From NCBI GenBank assembly GCA_009103225.1, contig RHPI01001737.1, positions 864,091-928,090 on the forward strand: a stretch of DNA of 64,000 nucleotides, in the 5' to 3' direction. Position 1 is the first letter of the stretch. Each line of letters starts with the position of its first letter. This DNA comes from Chlorokybus atmophyticus. Its lineage: Eukaryota; Plantae; Mesostigma and Chlorokybus algae. Position numbers and translations under genes: made by a program. Below, piece by piece: positions 37,328-51,382 of the stretch. Under the pieces are notes generated by a model. It was not told the DNA's origin. It searched no databases and saw only the letters and a program-made list of their open reading frames with translations.

Positions 37328-39277
37328 CTACATTTCATCTTCTGGATCGTACTGGTCTTCTTCAGGTAACACAAAGAACTCTACGTATGATATTCGTGAC
37401 GAGGCTTCATGCGCTGCCTGGTCTTCTTCTGTCACGTGTGCAGGTTTGCGTGCAGCAATCATATGCTGGACCTGCAGCAATTTTTTCGATTCAAGCAATT
37501 CCACACGCACACGTGCACACATCTATGCATGTATACACACAGCACCTTCAGCAGCCCATGGCAATCTATCGTGAGCTTGCTCCCGCGGTTCTCCTTGAGC
37601 GCAGCGCTTGGGATGCTCGCCACGGTTGCACGCAAGTGCTTGTACTTATACCTGTTGGCCAACAAAGGCACCTTATGCACAGTGCAAGCCATACGCATGG
37701 CAATGCAAGCCTGCACAGCCACTCACGTGTATGAAACCTCCCGGTTGCAGTTAAATGCAATGAAGAGGTCTGAGTCAGAAGTGTAGTTGAAGTCAATCTG
37801 CAGTTGGAAAGAGTACAAGACAACGCGTTCATCAATGCTTTGCATGATGAAGCACTTCCAAATCAACTTTTGCTAGGCCATGCCATCAACCGAGCCAACC
37901 GCAACATCATGGACAAAGTGTTGACATGTACCTGGAGCTCACCGTGGCCTTGTCCGCAAAAAGCAACGCTCGGAGGGTGCGGTCGAACAGTCATTGTTAT
38001 GCTGCTGCCCGGCCACTCGAGATCATCAATAGCATCCCGCAGCGCCGTGGACTGCCCAAGCATTCACATCAGGAGAATATAAGGCACAATGCTAAGAAAA
38101 GCAAGCGGGCATAACCACACATCAGTCACCTTCACTGCAAAGCTCACGGGAGGCGGATCATCGGGCCCGTCGGCAATAGCGTAGTCCATAATGGCATTTT
38201 CCAAGGTCAGCGTCTTGAGCTGCGCATCCGTCACAGTCAGATCTGCGTCCACATGCCTGTCCGTGACCCAACAAATGCTTTGGCAATGCTGCGTCGAGAA
38301 TTGAGACGAACCCACACATTGTTTCACTCACTCACTCACTTGATGACGAGTTCGGCGTCGGTGCCGGGGTATGATATTTCAACTGGGGTGGAAGCGGAGG
38401 ATGCGCGCGCAAAGGTGGAGAGGCAGTCCACAAGCGTAGCGAGACCTATTGCCACCTTTACGCGGCTCGTGCCCGTCCACACGTAGTCCCTGAAGATGTC
38501 TTTTCGGAAGTACGCCCTTGCCTAGACAATGGTTTGCGCATCATCGCCATGATGTGAAAACTCCAGTGCAAAACTTGTTTGCGTGCATGCATGAACATGC
38601 TGCAGCGTTGACCCCACTCCCACATGCATGGATGCACACGATTGGCGTGCGCAACTGTCCTCTGGGAGGTTGTTGGCTGCACTACATGGTGTACCGTGTG
38701 TGTGTTTGTTCGCAGCTCAAAACAAGCTTGCAGTTCAGAGCTTGCATGAGCAATCGCCAGCAGCAATAGTGCGATCCAACACTTGTGCTACCTTGCGTCG
38801 CATATCAGTGTAGTGTAGCATGGCTTCATTCGCACTCAAGACCAGCCTCTCAGCAACACAGCATGGTTTGTCGATTTCCATTCGACAACCTTGATCTTTC
38901 TCATGATAGGACGCAGACCACTAAATGCATGTGAGACTCACTGTGTTCTGGATCGCATAAAGGCCACGCATGGCGAACAAGGCTGACGCAATGCACACAA
39001 CATGCACGTGAGTTTTATTGGACGCACAGTTGGTCTATCTAACTGACACTTCATTCAAAGATAGTTGAGGCGGAGTCTCTGCTCCCCCTTCTCTGGGCCG
39101 AGTGCAGTAATAAACGCGGACCTTTACCTGGAGGGCGCGGGCGTCGTCGGTGGAGACCATGATGCCGTGCTCGGCGAGGTGCAGCGTGGCGTCCTGCAGC
39201 TTCTTCCACTTGATGGAGGCCAGGGCGTCCACCATGCCGCCCACGCCGTCCGTCCTGGCCACCATTACCAGCGGCAT
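37328..39277 (-). CDS. RAD1: RAD1 subunit of the 9-1-1 checkpoint clamp
   Basis: The exons give GMVDALASIKWKK..EHGI, GLATLVDCLSTF..ISYPG, ALRDAIDDLEWPGSS..PPSVAFCGQGHGELQ, YKYKHLRAT..KENRGSKLTI and SRISYVEFFVLPEED, matching plant RAD1 as remembered. Confidence 0.9.
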
Positions 39278-39453
39278 GCTCTCTCCCCTCTGTCACTGTT
39301 ACGCTTGCTTCTCCCTCTCTACTCGCCCCTAAAACCCTCAAGGGTCCAAGGTCAGGCTCCTGTGCTGAGGCGGTGGCCAACGACGAGGCTGTGCGGTGCA
39401 GCGATGCCGCCGCCGATGCTGCCAGCACACCGCTCAGACACTGTCTCTCTCTT

Positions 39454-39461
39454 TTTCCCGC
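39454..39461 (+). promoter_or_regulatory. E2F-consensus site in the RAD1/MCM10 divergent promoter
   Basis: TTTCCCGC; a second TTTSSCGS-type site, TTTGGCGG, lies at 39743-39750. Confidence 0.55.
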
Positions 39462-39870
39462 CAATATCGACGTAAGAATAGAAAAGTGCATCCGGCTACA
39501 AGAACGGTGAGTCATGCTGCCGTGTGGGATGCTTGTAGGCTACAAGTACAAGCACGAGCAGTCACACGCTGTCATTCAGCTTTGGACTCCGTTTGGGACT
39601 CACCTGACAACTCGCAACGCGCGACACGGAGGGTCCCGGGACTCCCCGGCTGATAACCTCTGAGCTTCCTTTTGGATCCTGATCCGGGGGTGACGGTAAC
39701 GAAGTTCAAGCGTTCAAAAGTTTGATTATGAGCAGAGGCGTTTTTGGCGGCAAGCAGGAGGCGGCGGAGTTGTTATTGTTGCTGTTGTTGTTGTTGTTGT
39801 TGGAGGAGGAGGAGGAGGAGGAAGGGCACAAGAGGGCTATGCCACTGGGTTGAGGCGGAGGAATAACGAT

Positions 39871-42800
39871 ATGAATTTCGACGCCACTGCTGAGCAGACA
39901 AACTGGGCCAGCAGAGGTGTGTGTGCGTGTGCTGTTGGGTGTCCATCTGTGAAGAAGAATCTGCTGGCTGCTTAGCATAAGCAAGCATGCTTTTCAACAA
40001 AACTTCTTATGCGGCATTCACATGGACACTGGTTGTGCATAGCATTGTATATCACAGGCTGTATGCAATGCTTGGCCCTAGTGCACTGACCCATGTTGCG
40101 ACGGGATATGGCCACAGCAAACCGTTTAAGTGTGGCCGCATAGCCGACTCCTGCATATCCCAACCGCGTTTAGTCTCACAAGTTACACACTGCTTGACCT
40201 CAGTCATCTTTATGCATTAATGTTGTGCGTCATGTTCTCTAGGTGCCGAGCACAATGCTGGTGCACCCATGCGCGTGGCACGCGACAGCATGCCAACTGT
40301 CTGCAAGTTCTCCGGGCTGCGGATCAAGTAAGGGGTTTTGCTCAATTACTCTGCTACTTAGCGTGCATGCTTTGAACTCAGTACAGGTATGGCGTGACTC
40401 AGTCATTCGTTACCAACGCCTTGCATTTTGGGCTCATAGGGACAGAATTCTCCCGCAAGCACAGGTGGAGGAAGACCTTTCGGACATGCGCTATGTCAAG
40501 CTCCAGGACGTCAAGTACGTGTGCGTTGCATGCAGACCGCTTTATTACTGTTCATTCTTACAAAGCACTGCACATCATGACACTGCAAATCATCTTACAT
40601 TCCAGGACCATGCCGGCGCCTGTTGCCGGACCGCGCAGCGAGTGGGCCACGATGGGAGTGATCGTGCACAAACTGCCACAGAAAGTCGCCAGAAACGGCA
40701 CAATGTAAGCTTGTGCTCACTGGATAACACCCAAATCTTGTTGATGCAAGTGTTCGCATCGGTGGTATTGCAGGTTTGGTGTTTGGAAGCTGAGCCTCTT
40801 GAACGAGGTGGAGGTAGCGCTGTTTCTGTTTGACGGTGCGTTCAAACAGCACTGGAAGGAGAGGGAGGGCAGCGTTGTCGTGGTGCTTGAGGGCGCTTTG
40901 AATAAGCAGGTAGGAAACTTGATTGCTTGACATTTCTTAACATGCATGCTTCCATTGCTGAGAAGCATAAAAGCTCTTTGCTTCATACTTCATAGACGCA
41001 CAGTCAGTCTGCCATGAATAGCACCGCATTGCAAAGACCGACATGGTGGCTTGCAGTGCACTGGTACCGTACCACTACTTTCTTTCGCTTATCACAATGC
41101 ACTTAACAGTGTTAGCATTAGCGTGCAGCCCACAAGAGAAACCGTCTGCCCGCAGGATGACGACGTAACGCTGCGCGTGGACAGGGCGGACCAGGTAGAG
41201 GTGATCGGGTTGAGTGCGGATTTCGGCCGCTGCAAGGGCGCCCGCAAGGATGGGGAACCTTGCCGCAACGTCATCAACAAGTAGGATACACTCCTAGTCA
41301 CAATTTCTTATGGACATGCTCTGCATACCACTTGCAAGCACGCACACGCACACCCACACGCGCAAGCACACATACACACATGCGCATGCAGGAGGAACGG
41401 AGACTACTGCAAGTTTCATGCGGGCAGCGTTCGCAAAGCGGTGCAGACGAGCCGCGCGGAGCTTCTTGGCGGCAACCTGGCCCGGTCGATCAAGCAATCA
41501 TCGATGAAGATGCACCGGGACATGGCATTGGACATGGAGAACTACACGATGCTGGCGCCACCCAAGAAGGCGAGGCTCTGCACTCCCGAGCAGCTGCGGG
41601 CGATGGCCACGTAAGCAAGCACACATGCTCACGCTGAGGAAGTTTGTGTGTATCACAGAGCGCACTTACTTGTTTTGGAACTATGCAGGGCGCAGACGAT
41701 GCTGAAGAACAATGCGAGGAGAAGCTCAGTTGGTGCTCAGTACTTGCTGGGCATGTGCAATCGGCAAGAGCAGACGGCTGCGGCGAGGCTGAAAGGTCCA
41801 CTTGCTTGAGTGTTGGAGTGTGCACAGCTGATTGCTTCAACATGGATGCTGGTTGTTGTGTCATGTACACTTGCGCGTGGATGTTCAACCAACACATGAC
41901 GTGCAGACTTGGGTGAACGCGGTGAAGGCCAGCCAAGCACTAGTGGTCGGCAAGCTTCCCAAATCTCAAAGCCACAGACACCGTCTCATACATTCTCACA
42001 CCTTCACCCGTAAGAATAAGCTTTCTGGCTTTTTTATGCTTGCTGCTTCAATCGCATTGCGCAAGCACCATCAGATTGCAGCTCTTGGTGAGACTTACCA
42101 GTGCGCGTGACAGACCCACACTTGCGTCGAGCGCCAGCAAGCCATTGAGCCAAGCAAACACCGTCACAGTGAGCAAACCATCAGTGCAACCGAAATCGGG
42201 AACGCCGGCCCCAGTCTCCACAACAACAGGCGGCCAGTGGCCTGCAGCTGCTGGACTACAGGACTATGTCAGGCTGCTTGGGCTGGCCGGCAGCGACAGC
42301 GACAGCGACAGCGATGGGAATGATGACGGTGATGAGAAAGATGAGGGAAAGGAGGAGGATGGCGATCCGGATGAGAGCTGCAGTGTTGACGATGATCATG
42401 TTGATACCAGCACCGAACTGGTCAGTGCCTCTGGGCATGCTTGCATTGTCAACGTGGGTAGCTGTGGGCCAAGCTGATCGGTTGTTGTTGTTGGTGGTGT
42501 TTCAGCCTGTGTCACAGGATGCATGCAAGCCAGCTGGACGGTGTGAAGCAGAAGCTCCAAAAAAGAATGTTAGTCAGGGAGAACACAAATTGCCACACTG
42601 TTCTCCTACCCGACGGGACACGAGCGTTCTGGCAGCCACACATGAACGGGGTGCATTGCCAAGCAGGCCGCCTTCTGCAAGCAAGCCGCTTACGGACATT
42701 ACAAATGGATTGAGATTTCGCTCTCCCAGACATACACGCCACCCTGCAGAACCAGCAGTGATGGAGATGGTTATCACAGCCTGGTTGTGCAAAGAGGTAC

Positions 42801-43680
42801 GTACTGAACATTGAATACTGCCCGTTGAATCTTGCATGTGCCAATCGTGAGCCATGCCAGCTATAGTGCACAAGGCTGACTTGGCATCTGTGTGTGGCGT
42901 AGTGCATGACCATCACAGAACAACAAGCCGACAGCTGTGCTGCCAATCAGCATTCAGGCCAGCAGGTGCGTATAATGGGTCAGGTCAGGGGTGCCTCTTG
43001 CACAGCTTGTGAAGGTGCTCGCAGTAGTTACTGCTTTGCTTTGCCAATCAATGCACTGACTGGTTGTGTGGTATGTCTAAAACAGATGCCGCATGTTGTC
43101 AAGCGATGGTTCAAGTGCCAGCAGTGTCTCAGCTGTACCGCAACGGTAGACAGCAGCTACCCGCACAAACCCTGTGATGCTTGCCAGTGTACTGGCTTCA
43201 TACGGACAGCTGCACCACAAAAGGGTGTTAAAGCGTAGTTGGGAGCGTGCTTTGCTGGGGGTAAATGTAACATGTGCATGTCAAGTGCAGATGGTAAGAG
43301 GGTCAGACTATTGGGTACCATGCAACACATGCGAGCAGCAGATTGTCCATGTTGAACATAATACATGCGCAGCAGTTGCACACGCCTTGCAGTGCTGACA
43401 GGCGCAAACATACCGAAAGCACACGACCAGAGGAGACACATAGCTGCATAGCCTGAGCGCATCAGGTCGATCGTCAAGCAGTGGGATGCTGTACCCAGAT
43501 ATTCGTTCCCAACGGTATTCGCCTACCCAAACAGATGTCAGTGACTTCCACCCGACATCACCTAATGAGCAACTGCGCACGAAGGCGCAGCAAGATGTAT
43601 TTAACAATGTGAAAGAAAGACATCCGCCTGCGACAGCATGGAGTGATGCTGCGCATGTGATTCTATCCCTGCGCATGTGA
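39871..43680 (+). CDS. MCM10: MCM10 replication factor (OB fold, zf-primase, C-terminal Zn domain)
   Basis: Motifs CKFSGLRIK, EWATMGVIV, GVWKLS..VALFLF, FGRCKGARKDGEPCRNVINK..YCKFH and the C-terminal KRWFKCQQC..PHKPCDAC. Many GT-AG introns; the start at 39871 is tentative. Confidence 0.9.
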
Positions 43681-44108
43681 TTCTATCCCTGCGCATTGGT
43701 TTCTACCCCTGTTCCCATTGTATCCTCTGCTCTCGCTCCTCTCCTAGCCACACTGAATTACTAACAGCCCTGTAGCAGTCCTGTCGCAGCTTTCCCCCAG
43801 GCTATGCCCCCTTGTGTTTGCAATGGCATCCGCTGCCTATGGCCTCCAGCATGTTGTGTCATCAGTACTGGTATCTATGCTACACAAGTGGCGGCAGGCA
43901 TGCGCAAACGGCTTTGTTGTCAGCAGCATGCGTCCCCCTTTGCAAAGTGCAACCTTTCCTGTCCTAGCCTTGCTCCAATTGCAGGCAAAAAGAATGTTTG
44001 GTAATCCTGACAGAACAACTGATCCATGCCGCTCTCCCAACAAATGACAATGCATCAATGCTATCCAAACACTAACCCTGAACTACGCAACTGACTGCTG
44101 CTTCAAGA

Positions 44109-46127
44109 TCAATCTCCTTTGGCGGCGATTCGCTCTGGCACATCAAAACGCCAGCATGAGCGTGCATACCGTAAGAAATGATGTTGGCAGCAATGCAAAG
44201 CAACGCAAACTACTACACTTACTCAGGAACTCGTAGGTGGTAATCATAGCTGTGCCCCTGCAACAACCAAACTGGTTCAAGCATCTGTGTTCCGCTTTAC
44301 CATTGGAATCTAGCCAAATGTAAGTCAACTTGCGACTGTCACAACAATGCATGGCCAATAACGAGTGGATTTGATTACCAGAGTGAGCTGGAAGCCCACC
44401 TCGGCCCTAACCCTCGTGTCAGGCCCTTAAGGCCCTCTTGCTTAATGAGGTCACGCCCTGTTTGGAAAAAGGTGGGCTTCTGGCCATGAGCCATCTCGAG
44501 AACCTGGGAAGGCAAAATTGGGCATAGCACGCTTTGTGTTTGCAGCAAATGGTACCGCACACTAACACTATCGTCCTTGCAGTATGTGCATCTTGCACCT
44601 TCCCCTTAATCAAGCGGTATGATATGTGTACATGACAACTGGTACATGACACCTAGCGACATTGCCTACCTGCAACCGCGTTTTGATCACATCCAGAGGG
44701 TTGGTCACAAACGCAGAGCATGCTCCAGCACAAAGACTTGCTGAAGTCTGCACAGCAACAACCGCTGATCTGCTCGGACTCTCTGTCTCAGACCAGCCTG
44801 CAGAGTACAGCAGCCTGCAACCCTCAGCGTCAGCAGCATGCACATATGCGTGCAAGCACAACACACGCATCCCACTGGCAAAACTTGCAGAACGCAGTTG
44901 ACAGCCTGTGCATCAGGAACAAAGGTACTGCACACGCATGCGCTTATACACACGTGAGCATGCACGCATGCAACATGCACGTGCAAGTTTGGGCAAGGCA
45001 CACGCGTACACTACGACATACCTCCATATGCCCCTCTGGCTAGCACCATACGCCCCCCACCACACTGAGCTTGATGGCGCATACGTGATCAGTGAGGCAC
45101 CGAACCCTCGGTACAGACCCGGAATTCCCTCATGCCTAAGGATGGTCCGAAATGCATGACTCCCACCCAGATACTTCGCCTGCGTTCCTCCCACCCCTCC
45201 TTGCACCATGAGCCGCTGAGACACAACATCAACAGGCACCACAACCAGCTGCGTGGCCATGCTCGATGTGAGACCAGCCACTGCGTTTGTGATGCCGGCG
45301 GAAGTCACTTCATTGATGCCAGGTGGCATGAGCTTCCCAACAACGTCTTTCATGACCTCCAATATTGACAGGTACACAACACGTGCGGGTATTGACCCCA
45401 TAATGACGGTCGTGAAACCCTTGTAAAACCCTGCTGCCCCCTCAATGCGCGCGATCTGTTGCACCGTTCTGAGCGTGCTCGTGCTTCTTGGCTGCAACCC
45501 ATCCCCGTTCAACACCTGCGGTAGCACGCTTCGTGTTGTGGACATGCTGTGGCCACATGACAGCAGTTGCAAACGCCATGATTGCTTGTTACCTGCATGC
45601 GCGTCTTCACAACAGTGATAGGGTATAGAACAGCTGACAAGCCTGTGAACAGAGCTGTGCCGACCACGAAAAACTTCTGCTTGTCCAACCTGCACTGATT
45701 GCTGTTAGCCAAGCCCGCTTGTCTGATTGTAGGCAAACCACAACCAACACAGACACATTGATTGCATGTAGAGGCTGCATGCTTTGAGCGTGCGCATCTA
45801 ACGAACAACCAATAAGAGCTGTATGCACGACTGCTTCATCACTGTTGTCAGCAACCTCTTCAGCGCATGAGCTGTTTGACGGTAACGGTAGACAGTGAGC
45901 AGAACTACAGCACAACCCGCTGATTCAAACATCCTAACTGCAGCCAACAATGCACGAATTTCCTGCAAGACGAGCAGTTCCAAGTTCAACTGCTACTAGT
46001 GAAGTAGTGAGCGTGCTTACTTGTCCCAGTTGACTTCAGTCTTGGCCGCGACAGACGACGCGGGGTTTGCGCGCTGCTGCGACTCATCAGCCGCAACGGC
46101 CGGCTCTGCAGCGCTCGTGACAGACAT
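44109..46127 (-). CDS. Mitochondrial carrier, SLC25A44-like
   Basis: EVNWDK/RLDKQKFF N-terminus, three carrier repeats (YPITVVKTRMQ, VPVDVVSQRLM, NPLDVIKTRLQ) and EGxxGxY[KR]G motifs. Confidence 0.92.
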
Positions 46128-47428
46128 AGCAGCCCAAGCTGCAGCTCTACTGTACACGCACCACAGCTGCTACATAAACACCGTTGACTCGTCTGCTCAA
46201 CCCTGCAGGCGGTTCCAACTTGCAACAAGCACTACACTGGCATGCAAGCGCCGACCTGCTTCAAGACTACGCCTATCGCTCTGAGTGACGACAGCAAGCA
46301 ATCTGTGCTTCAGCAGTGCGCTTGACGCAGCTGCCCTCGACTCAAACCCATCTCCACGTACGCCGACGCCGCCGTTGCAATGCACATGCAGCCAGTGAGA
46401 CAGCTACTACTGCCGCCAGACGCAACTGCTGCTGTTGTCAAGTCGGCAGCGTCAGCAGGTGCTTGTACACTCAACTGTCAAACACTGGTCGCTGGAAATA
46501 TCTACAACAACGACGACAGCAGCCGCACGGACGCCTCCACCGAGTCCGGCGCGGCCGCCGCCTCCACAGCAGTCCGCAAGGCCATGTGGCAAGCCTGCAG
46601 GATGCTCTTTGTTAGCTGTTCCAGTTCAACAGATCCAGTCGTAGCAACCCGGCTTCAGCGATCGGCTTCTAACACATCCGGTTCAAGTCAACCGGCTCTT
46701 GCCTGTCGCGACTGGCACTCGTCCTGCTGCCAACCGTACGCAGGCAGTTTGTGGCAGCCATAGCAGGCTACACTTTGCGGTGGGGATGCGTCGGTGTATA
46801 CGCCTTAGAGATGTATATCCAGGAGAAAGCGATTTCCGTGTTACAATACTCGCAGCACGTCAATGATTGGTCGGCGCTAAGCATCATTGCTACCGATATC
46901 GGAGTGCAATGCTTGCCCAGCAGCGTATCGCGATATCTCTGGTATCTCGGCGCTGGAGTTAGGGCTTCGAAACCAACCCAGAGTTGCTGGAGACATGCAC
47001 TTTGGCGGCGACGGTCGTGTTGGTGTCGTTTGTGACGGCGGTGAGGTGGACCAACAGCGAGTCCAACTGTGAGCTTGAGCGACAGTGCGCTTGCTCTCAG
47101 TCAATTTGCATTTTGGCGCAGTCGCTTGACCTACTAAGCGGCTCGCTTTGTGCCTGACACGCCAAAGGTGACAGTGCGGAGCAGGCTGTTGGCAGTTCTG
47201 GTCTGCGGCTTGGCGAGGATGTCCGGGCTGTAGGCTGGATGCGGGTGTATGCGCAGAGGACAGGAGCATTGTCGTGTGCGCGTGAAAGCTGCCGCGTTGC
47301 ATGCAGCGTGACCCGCTGTAGAGGACGTAAACACCACACAGCTGAAGCAACAGGCCGACTGTCAGAGTCAATAGCTTGATTGATAGGGTTTGGTGCCAGG
47401 CTCAGAGTGGTAGACCAGTGGTTTGTGC

Positions 47429-50000
47429 ATGGCCTACCCTCCAGCAGCTCGCGCTGTTAACGCTTTGCCCATTGGCACGATGAGGGTGCCCCAGCCGCAC
47501 ACCGCGCTGCGGAAGCCGGCTGACCCCTTGTCTGGGTCCATAGTGGAGAGCGACTACAAGGACCATCACTATCAACAGCAACAGACAAGTATGTTTTTGG
47601 TTTGCCTTCAATACAGGATTAGCTCGTATGGATCATTCTCACCAATTGACGGGTTCAATTACTTAAGGGTCGACTTGTTCATTTCTAGTGTAGTGCTTTA
47701 CGTGTGCTTTCAACAACAATCACAGTACTTGTTATTTGTGTTTGGCTGCCTGATGTGGTTTCCATTGGCTCGTAAACATGAGCACTTGTTGTTCATGCAT
47801 GTGTATTGCCGTGAGTGACAGCTGATCGCAGCCAAACAGTCATCCACTTACTTACAAGGATCCTTTGCACACAGCACGTTTCGCTGAAGTAAATATCCGT
47901 AGTGTCTGGTGCGTAGCAACAGTTATGTCTTCTGAAGTATAACACCGTGCTCTTCAGCCCATTGTCAAAACAGTTTTTACAGTAAGTTCGCAGGGGTTGG
48001 ACACGTTGAAGTGTTTAGCATGTTTTGAAATTGTGGCTTGCCAACCGCGGAGTAAGTTGTCAGAAGTCAGGTTTCGGCTAGTACAGTTTAACTCAATTAT
48101 AGCCGAGACAACGGTTCAGGTTGGCGGTTGTGCATGTGTTGATCGCTCCGGTTGCTGCCATACTTCTGATGACATCCTTATGCATGCCAGCAAGGTTGTA
48201 TTATTGCATTGGCAGCAGTGACGCTGTGTTAACAATGGTGAGATGGCTTGCAGGTAGCAGCTCTTCACAAGGACCACCACCCTTTCTTACCAAGACATAT
48301 GACATGGTGGATGATCCAGACACAGATTCGATCGTTAGCTGGGGTGCTGAAGACAACAGCTTCGTGGTTTGGAAACCTGCAGAGTTTGCGCGCGACCTGT
48401 TGCCTCTTCACTTCAAGCACAACAACTTCTCATCATTTGTTCGACAGCTCAATACTTATGTACGTGCTTGTTACTTTCAAGTGCACCAAACACGAATTGC
48501 AGTGTCAGGTTATTCCAACATTTTTACACGGCGTACTCGACCATCAACACATCATAATATTGGTGTTTGCATGCAGGGTTTTCGGAAGGTAGACCCTGAT
48601 CGTTGGGAATTTGCAAATGAAGGCTTTCTCAGAGGGCAGAAGCACCTGCTGAAAGACATTCACAGACGGAAACCTACCCAGCAGACTGCTGGGCAACAAC
48701 TTTCTGGGGCCATTGAGGTAAGTACAGTTGTTGAGCTTGTGCTTGTTATTACTGCGCAAGTGCAACAGCTTAGGTGAGCCGTCCGTCCCCGTTTGTTGCC
48801 CATCAGGTTGGGAAGTTTGGTGTTGAAGATGAAGTGGAGCAGCTGAAACGAGACAAGAACTTGTTGATGCTGGAGTTGGTTCGTTTGCGCCAAAAACAGC
48901 AGAACACCGAGCATGAAGTACAGGATGTTAAGAAGAGCATGGCAGCGCTGGAGCAGTCGCAGCGTCAGCTGATGCAGTTCGTAATGAAGGTTGCGCAAAA
49001 CCCTCAGTACCTGGAGCAGGTACGCAATGTGCAAGTAGCTCACAGCACAGTTCAATTGGCTTGCTGCTTTCGCGGCAAGCTTGGTGACGTATTGCTTGTT
49101 TGGTTGCATGCACATGCTGCACACAGTGCGCGACCAACCCCATAATGGCCTGATGTCATGCAGCTGATTTTTTGCCATTGTCAGGTCCTGATGCAGCAGA
49201 AACAGTTAAGCGAACAACAGCGTCTTGCTCGCCGGAAGCGGCAAAGGAGATTGCCCGGACACGACGACGTGTCCACGGCAGACAGCATTCCAGGGCAGCA
49301 GGCGCTTGTTCAGTACAACTCGAGCCAATCAATGTTTGACACTTCAGACATGCTCGCCGCGCTCATCGATAACGATCACTATCCAGCGCCACCGGCACCG
49401 GCACCGGCGACAGGCGGCGTGCTCTTGGATGAGCTTACCACTAGTTCTGGACAGAACCCAACATCATCTACCTCGAACAAGTCCCCAAGGACCAGCGGCC
49501 AAAGCCAGCCCAACGGCAGTACCTCAGAGTTCTCATCGCCCCTCAAACCGCAAGAGAATGGAGCTGGTACGCACACCCTTTCGTCACATGCGCTCGCTTG
49601 TATAGCACCAGCTGCTGCAACTGGCGCTTGACTGCATTAATTGTTATCCCTTGTTTGATTAACTCTTGTTTGATACTTCGTTCTTCTGAATGTTGCAGTG
49701 GTTAAGATGGAGGAAGAGGAGCAGACTCCAGACGATATCCAAGCGCTTCTGAGATTGAACTCCAGCCAACCGGGCAACGAAAACTTCTGGGATTCTTTGC
49801 TGGCTGGCGAAGGCACGCCCATGGGTGAAGCCACCAACATGGCAGGCATATCTGCAACGACTTCAGAAATTATCGATGCAGCCCTGGCAAACCAGCAACT
49901 GGATCAAACTCCAAGCTGGGCCACAGACAGCTTCACGGACCAGTTACGGGACATCATCCCACCATCATCTACAGCCGCCGGGCGTGGAAGCCTGGTTTAA
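47429..50000 (+). CDS. HSF1: Class A heat-shock transcription factor
   Basis: The [29 protein letters not shown]^GFRK has the conserved intron. [27 protein letters not shown] carries the class-A insert; NLS RRKRQRR and AHA-like NFWDSLL follow. A first exon at 47429-47588 splices in frame (tentative). Confidence 0.93.
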
Positions 50001-51382
50001 CTTTTGGTATCAGGCAGCCCAAGGCTGCGTCTTTCTAATCTAATCGGCTGCTTGCTTTATCACTGGCATGCGTAGGTAGCGTTGCGCCCACGAGCGCTGT
50101 TGGGTAGTAGTAGTCACTGTAATAGTACTTTAACATTGCCCTGTAAAGGATTTCTTTCGCCTCCAGTAATGTGGCGCTATGCGTATTTGTAGTGCTGAGT
50201 GCGACAGCAGCCCAACCTCAGTAAATACATGCAGACTGCTTGCTAGTTCGGCACTTGTTTGTCCACAAGCCCCTGTGCAGGGGCTTGTGGACAGTTTGTC
50301 GTGCTGATTGTCTGAACAGCAATGTGGCTAACTCAACCTGCTTATAAGCAACCGCACGGGAGCTGTTTGCTGGTGTCTATGCGTGATAGGTAAAATACAG
50401 GGACCGGATTACAAGCCTGCTCACGAGCAGAAGCATACTTGTTAACCGCTGTTTAAACAGTGATCGTGTGAGTATGGTGCCAACCAAAGGCAAGCAGTGC
50501 AGCAAATGTGTTGCTGCCTCCCCATTTCATGACTACTACGGTGTACTGGTGCTAACAACCCTTGAGCTGATTGCCTTTGTCTAACACAGAATGCACATGC
50601 TTGTTTGGTTACCAAGCATTGCGCACAAGCGTTAGCTATGCTAGGAGCGCAGTACACCAGCAGAAGTGCCCGCATCCTGCATGCATCGAGCTTAGTGACA
50701 CGCTTGCTTCTGTGCACAGGACGCCTTGTGTACAGGTAGTTACGCATGCATGTTGACTAAGGGGGTAAGGGCAATAGCAAAGGTAGCTACCTGGTTTGTG
50801 TGATAGCCCGGTGGTTAAACAAGTTGCTGGCATGTGGGACTGTGCTTGTGCGTGCGTATTTCATGTAGGCCGTGCAGTGGTAAGTCACATGCACAGCATT
50901 GCATATATAATCTACACTTGTCATCTTTTGCCATATTTGGCCTACTGCTAGCCACAGGTGTCGTTGTCTTCGTCCTCGTCGTCGGCGCCGGCGTCGTTGG
51001 CGTCGGCGGAGGCCGAGTTGTTAAAGGCGGAGGCGGAGGCGGAGGCGGACGCGAGCGTGTACCTTATGAACGGAAAAGCGGGCGCAAGGCTTCAAAAATC
51101 ACAGTGCCTTTAACAGGTGAGAGACACAGGCTGGGTGACTGACAGCTAGGTGACTGCTTTCGCTGTTGCGGTTTTTCTTGAACAGCAGCACACTTGTGCT
51201 GTGTACATGTTGCTTTACGGAGCACGTTTTAGCCAGCATGTTGCAGCAAGCATGCAGATGACACCGTTACTTTGCCGCCCCATTTTCTATTCCCTGCATT
51301 GTTCAAGCCTTGCAGTTACAACGACGATTGTTATGCTGTGCAGCATTTAGCTCAGGCAATCAGTCACAGAGACGAGCCAGGC

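Noticed and set aside
47134-47560. Possible small spliced minus-strand gene ([10 protein letters not shown]...)
   Set aside because: It overlaps the more plausible in-frame first exon of the HSF gene and has no recognisable motif.
50440-51140. Pro/Thr- or Ala/Asp-rich ORFs divergent from the GH31 gene
   Set aside because: No consistent spliced frame could be built; likely promoter or UTR with GGCGGA repeats.
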